This document shows positions 16,389 through 20,000 of a DNA stretch of 20,000 bases, in pieces (position 1 is the first letter of the stretch; every line of letters starts with the position of its first letter). Made by a program: the position numbers and the translations under genes. The notes beneath the pieces are model-generated. The model was not told the origin of the DNA, ran no database searches, and was given only the letters and a program-made list of their open reading frames with translations. The stretch lies in the IMG/VR virus record IMGVR_UViG_3300010970_000163; one strand, given 5' to 3'. The stretch is from an uncultured virus (IMG/VR IMGVR_UViG_3300010970_000163) (Duplodnaviria > Heunggongvirae > Uroviricota > Caudoviricetes).

Positions 16389-17783
16389 ATGGCTACTACA
16401 TTACACTTTAACATAACCACTAAAAAGGTCAAAGTTGATCAGGACGTTTCTCAAGATTTGTATGGTATTATCACAGGACCATCAGGTGTTGCTTTCGTTA
16501 CAAAAAATTCATTAGGAAATGAGTTGATTGATGGAGACGTTGAATCTATTTATTTCAACCTTCCACTTGACACGTCAAATAGTATTGTGTACGGAAATTA
16601 CACGTTGAAGTATGGAACTGCGGTGATTAATCCTAATGATCCTGAGACATATACATCTGTGTCTTTTACTTATTTAGGTGCCGATGTTTTAACTGCTTGT
16701 TTTACTGTAGAGCATAATTGCGATTATTACCCAACTGGTTTAATTACAGCTACAGACAGCACGTATTACGGGGATAATTCAGGAACGGCAACTAGCCCAG
16801 AGATTCTTTCTCGCACGTTATCTCTATACTACCCAGATGGTTTGGTTAATCCAACACCTGCTGTAAATCCTGTTGAAGGTGTTCAATCTCCTATTACTAC
16901 AGGATCTTATGCATTAACTGTAGACACTCTTGCTACAGGAATGTGGACAGCTATCATGGATGTAGAACTTTTGTATACACAGCAAGATGATCTTGTTATT
17001 GAATATCAATTAAAGAAAACATTAAACCACAACGTAGCTTGTGTAGGTCAATTATGTTCAATTAACGGATGTATAGATGGCATGACTCAAGCGTTTAATT
17101 CTGATGTTGCCTGTGGTGTTACAACTCCTCGTTACGCGAAGCAATTGACCTTGATTAATGCTTACTTCTCTCAATATCAAATGGAGAGAGCTTGTGGCAA
17201 TACAGCTAAGGCTAATGAGTATTTAAACTTAATGAATGAGTTAGTTAGCGGCACATCTACTTGCAATTGCTCTTCTGGTTCTTGTTCAGGCTCTTGCGGA
17301 TCTTCTTGCTCATGTGATTCATGCGGAGATGATAATACCCCACGTTGGATTAACACTCCAGGATCTACTACTCAATCTGTACTAGAGCAGATGCAGAATG
17401 ATATAACTACTATTGAAGGTGATGTTGTAACTTTACAAGAAGATGTTGAAGCACTTCAACCTACATATAAAGTTTACACGGCTTTGCTTTCAACTTTTGA
17501 AGATAATGCCCCTACTGCTGAAATACTTGAAAACACTATAGGCTCTATCGTATGGACAAGAGTATCTGAGGGATTTTATCAAGCTACTTTATCAAGTGCT
17601 TTTACATTAAATAAAACCTTTGTTTTAGTTGGTCCTTATGATATAAATAATGGAAATGTTTGGTTTGTTAAACACGCTTTACAATCCGTTAATTCTATTC
17701 TATTATATGCTTTTGATGAAGGTGGCAATCTAATTGATGGATTAGGCACTAATGTTTCAATTGAAATTAGAGTTTATAACTAA
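16389..17783 (+). CDS. Putative virion structural protein with Cys-rich segment and fibre-like C-terminal domain
   Basis: Start re-assigned to ATG 16389 (MATTL), since 16329 lies inside the terminator; beta-rich N-terminus, Cys/Ser/Gly cluster, short heptad coiled coil, C-terminal YKVYTALLS...LENTIG...IEIRVYN domain. Confidence 0.7.
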   Translation: MATTLHFNITTKKVKVDQDVSQDLYGIITGPSGVAFVTKNSLGNELIDGDVESIYFNLPLDTSNSIVYGNYTLKYGTAVINPNDPETYTSVSFTYLGADVLTACFTVEHNCDYYPTGLITATDSTYYGDNSGTATSPEILSRTLSLYYPDGLVNPTPAVNPVEGVQSPITTGSYALTVDTLATGMWTAIMDVELLYTQQDDLVIEYQLKKTLNHNVACVGQLCSINGCIDGMTQAFNSDVACGVTTPRYAKQLTLINAYFSQYQMERACGNTAKANEYLNLMNELVSGTSTCNCSSGSCSGSCGSSCSCDSCGDDNTPRWINTPGSTTQSVLEQMQNDITTIEGDVVTLQEDVEALQPTYKVYTALLSTFEDNAPTAEILENTIGSIVWTRVSEGFYQATLSSAFTLNKTFVLVGPYDINNGNVWFVKHALQSVNSILLYAFDEGGNLIDGLGTNVSIEIRVYN

Positions 17784-17789
17784 TAAATT

Positions 17790-18536
17790 ATGACACTAGA
17801 CGTAATATACGAACAAGTTTATTTAAAGCTTGGAAAGGATGCCTACGGTAACGTAGTTACTCCTGATAGTTTTAATCAATCACTTAGCTATGCTAATATT
17901 GAAAAGTTGAATGACTTTTTAATAGTATTGGAGCAGGATGAGGAGATGATTGATAATCTACGTCCTTTTGTTGTTACTCTTGGTGACAATGCTTCATCTC
18001 CTATTTATTTGGATGAGTATGGATATGCTGTTCTTCCTTCAGATTACGTAAGATATGTTCAGAGTAGTCGTATGGATTACACTAACAATACAACGGGATC
18101 TACAGAAGTATACAGACATATTGAGATGCTAACGAACAAAGATTTTTCTTATCGTCTTAGCACCTCTCTTTACTCCCCTACACTGAGCAGACCGATTGCC
18201 ACTGTACAAAACGAGAAGTTATTAGTTAGACCTAAGGGCATTAATGATATTAGTTTTACATATGTCAGAATGCCATTAACACCTAACTACGACTACGACT
18301 TTAGCGATATTACTTTCTTACCTGTATATCTCCCTCCAGGAACTGATCACGGCTCTTTACCTGACACTACAGTGCGTCCTGGATTTACGGCAGGTGATCC
18401 AAGTGAGAGCGTTGAGTTAGAGTGGCCAGAGGATGTGCATGATGATATCATCAATATTATTTACAAATTCTTCGCTATTAATCTTAAGGATATGAATAGC
18501 TTGCAGACTATAGAAATTGAAAAAGGTAGACCATAA
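17790..18536 (+). CDS. Putative head-tail adaptor / tail ring protein
   Basis: LGKDAYGNVVTPDSFN, LPSDY, YVRMPLTP, ELEWPEDVH motifs resemble crAss-like ring proteins; position in the tail block. Confidence 0.6.
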   Translation: MTLDVIYEQVYLKLGKDAYGNVVTPDSFNQSLSYANIEKLNDFLIVLEQDEEMIDNLRPFVVTLGDNASSPIYLDEYGYAVLPSDYVRYVQSSRMDYTNNTTGSTEVYRHIEMLTNKDFSYRLSTSLYSPTLSRPIATVQNEKLLVRPKGINDISFTYVRMPLTPNYDYDFSDITFLPVYLPPGTDHGSLPDTTVRPGFTAGDPSESVELEWPEDVHDDIINIIYKFFAINLKDMNSLQTIEIEKGRP

Positions 18537-19129
18537 TGACTAAGAGAGACCTGATAGATTTAATACAAGAGCGTTTGGCTAGTGGTGATGTTCCTAACGA
18601 CATCATGGGCCGCTATAAATACCAAACGGTATCGGCTCTTATTGCTATTGTGTATCAAGAAGCAGCAACAGCTGACAACTCGGTACTCGGCACAATGGTA
18701 CTGCCATATGACTTGGCTGTAACGTGTGAGAACGGTAAGTACATCAGTATGCTTACTGCGGCTCCTGCATACGGCCCAATGAGTGTTAAGTACGCTACAG
18801 ATTCTTGTGGCAATACATACTACTCTCGTCAAAGCGATGATCAGAATTTATTCTTAACCAGAATTAAGAATATGTCTAAGCCTGAGTTCTATGTGCGTGG
18901 TAAGAAATTGATCTGGACGTGCAATCCAAACTTTGATACTACTACAGTTTACATGGTTCCTAACTTCTTAGATATGGATGATAGTGAAGAGGCGGTAATG
19001 CCTAGTTCTATCTCAGCTATTCTAACTCGTGTTGTTGAATTGGTTCGCGCTACAGATACAAGACCTCAGGAAGTTGTAAATAATACGAGTCAAGACAATA
19101 CTCCTAAACAAACTAATTACGCTCAATAA
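18536..19129 (+). CDS. Putative tail ring/structural protein
   Basis: TAATG coupling with both neighbours; MTKRDLIDLI helix followed by a beta domain, paralog-like architecture. Confidence 0.5.
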   Translation: MTKRDLIDLIQERLASGDVPNDIMGRYKYQTVSALIAIVYQEAATADNSVLGTMVLPYDLAVTCENGKYISMLTAAPAYGPMSVKYATDSCGNTYYSRQSDDQNLFLTRIKNMSKPEFYVRGKKLIWTCNPNFDTTTVYMVPNFLDMDDSEEAVMPSSISAILTRVVELVRATDTRPQEVVNNTSQDNTPKQTNYAQ

Positions 19130-19872
19130 TGGAAGGTACTCCTGTAAAAAATATAGAATACGTAATTCAATCGGCACTCAATCGTGTTAAGGGACAGACT
19201 ACAGAGATCCCTCGCTTAGAGCAGATCGGTATAGAATGGATGAGTGAGGTTGTTAGAGGAACCACAGCGTTCCCTTGCCTTAAGGTGGCACACTTAGATA
19301 TTAACTCAGTTAATCAAGTTGCCCTTCCTCCTGATATCATGAGATACACAAAGATCGCGCTTGACTACGGTGGACGTTTATGGACATTGGGATTGGATCC
19401 GAATATGTCTCTCCCTACAGATATGCAGGCTTGCGATAGTATTCCTCAAGCAAGCGCAACAGATATTCAAACCGGGGTGTACTTTATTGATCACTCATGG
19501 AATGGAGTTTATTTCCCGGCTCTATTTGCAGCAGGTGGTGGTTTTAACCAAGCTTATTACAGAGTAGATCCAACAAATACTTTTATACAATTAAGTAATG
19601 ACATCCGAGGTGGTAAGATTGTTTTAGAGTATTTAAGCACTGGTGCTGATATCAACTCTCAGACTCTTGTCCCTCACTACTATATCGAGCCAATGAGAAA
19701 TTACATCATTTGGCAATTAGCAGAATTTGAGCCACAGAAATATCCTGTGAATGCTCAAAACAGAGAGAGAATTTATACTGAATCTATGGCAGATGCAGCG
19801 ATGTCTCAAGGTAATACTATTGATGAATTACTTGACGCATACTACTCAGCTCCTGGATTAAAACTACGATAA
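19129..19872 (+). CDS. Putative tail ring/structural protein
   Basis: VALPPDIMRYTKI...IVLEYLSTG...EPMRNYI motifs resemble crAss-like ring proteins. Confidence 0.6.
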   Translation: MEGTPVKNIEYVIQSALNRVKGQTTEIPRLEQIGIEWMSEVVRGTTAFPCLKVAHLDINSVNQVALPPDIMRYTKIALDYGGRLWTLGLDPNMSLPTDMQACDSIPQASATDIQTGVYFIDHSWNGVYFPALFAAGGGFNQAYYRVDPTNTFIQLSNDIRGGKIVLEYLSTGADINSQTLVPHYYIEPMRNYIIWQLAEFEPQKYPVNAQNRERIYTESMADAAMSQGNTIDELLDAYYSAPGLKLR

Positions 19873-19875
19873 AAT

Positions 19876-20000
19876 ATGTACTCACAGTCAAACTTTTTTT
19901 ACGGAGGTATAAATACCGATGATGAGGATCGCTTAATACCAAATACAGATTTTAGAGATGCTTTATACTCTAGAAACTATGGTATTAACACCTCTGATGA
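19876..20000 (+). CDS. Tail stabilization/muzzle protein, 5' partial
   Basis: MYSQSNFFYGGINTDDEDRLIPNTDFRDALYSR resembles the F..GMNxDxDxRLxPxxxYRDA N-terminus of crAss-like stabilization proteins; runs off the window. Confidence 0.7.
   Translation, partial: MYSQSNFFYGGINTDDEDRLIPNTDFRDALYSRNYGINTSD

Noticed and set aside
1294..19567. Short opposite-strand or alternate-frame ORFs in the track (1294, 1722, 2002, 2237, 2582, 4592, 5120, 5596, 8398, 8549, 11007, 11170, 11463, 13351, 14093, 14456, 15640, 18560, 19361)
   Set aside because: Nested in well-supported genes, no recognisable motifs; treated as shadow ORFs
1..20000. Stop-codon reassignment (seen in some crAss-like phages)
   Set aside because: Long genes are intact in the standard code, and TAA, TGA and TAG (e.g. 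7388) all end genes at sensible boundaries

Overview
A 20-kb piece of a tailed dsDNA phage genome, most likely infecting a Bacteroidota host (TAnnTTTG promoters, A/C-rich leaders without Shine-Dalgarno, DUF3127-type SSB). The left arm (1-4433, minus strand) is a replication module: small DNA-binding protein, lambda-O-like initiator with an internal iteron array, T7 gp4/Twinkle-type primase-helicase, stand-alone DnaA domain-IV-like protein, nucleotide pyrophosphohydrolase-like protein and micro-ORFs. The right arm (4601-20000, plus strand) starts with SSB, a metallophosphoesterase and a GroES-like protein. It continues into a crAss-like morphogenesis block: putative TerS, TerL, portal, scaffold, major capsid, accessory virion proteins, three ring/adaptor-like proteins and the start of a stabilization/muzzle protein. 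Standard genetic code. The most notable unexplained signals are: (i) a promoter-driven two-hairpin leader with complementary (kissing) loops, the second hairpin being a terminator directly ahead of the initiator gene; (ii) an antisense ~70-nt sRNA cassette complementary to the CA-rich leaders of several phage genes; (iii) palindromic 16-bp-periodic iterons inside the initiator; (iv) an unannotated 48-aa ORF ending in an RNR-like CxxCGS tail. All product calls come from motif recognition and gene order by eye; no searches were run.
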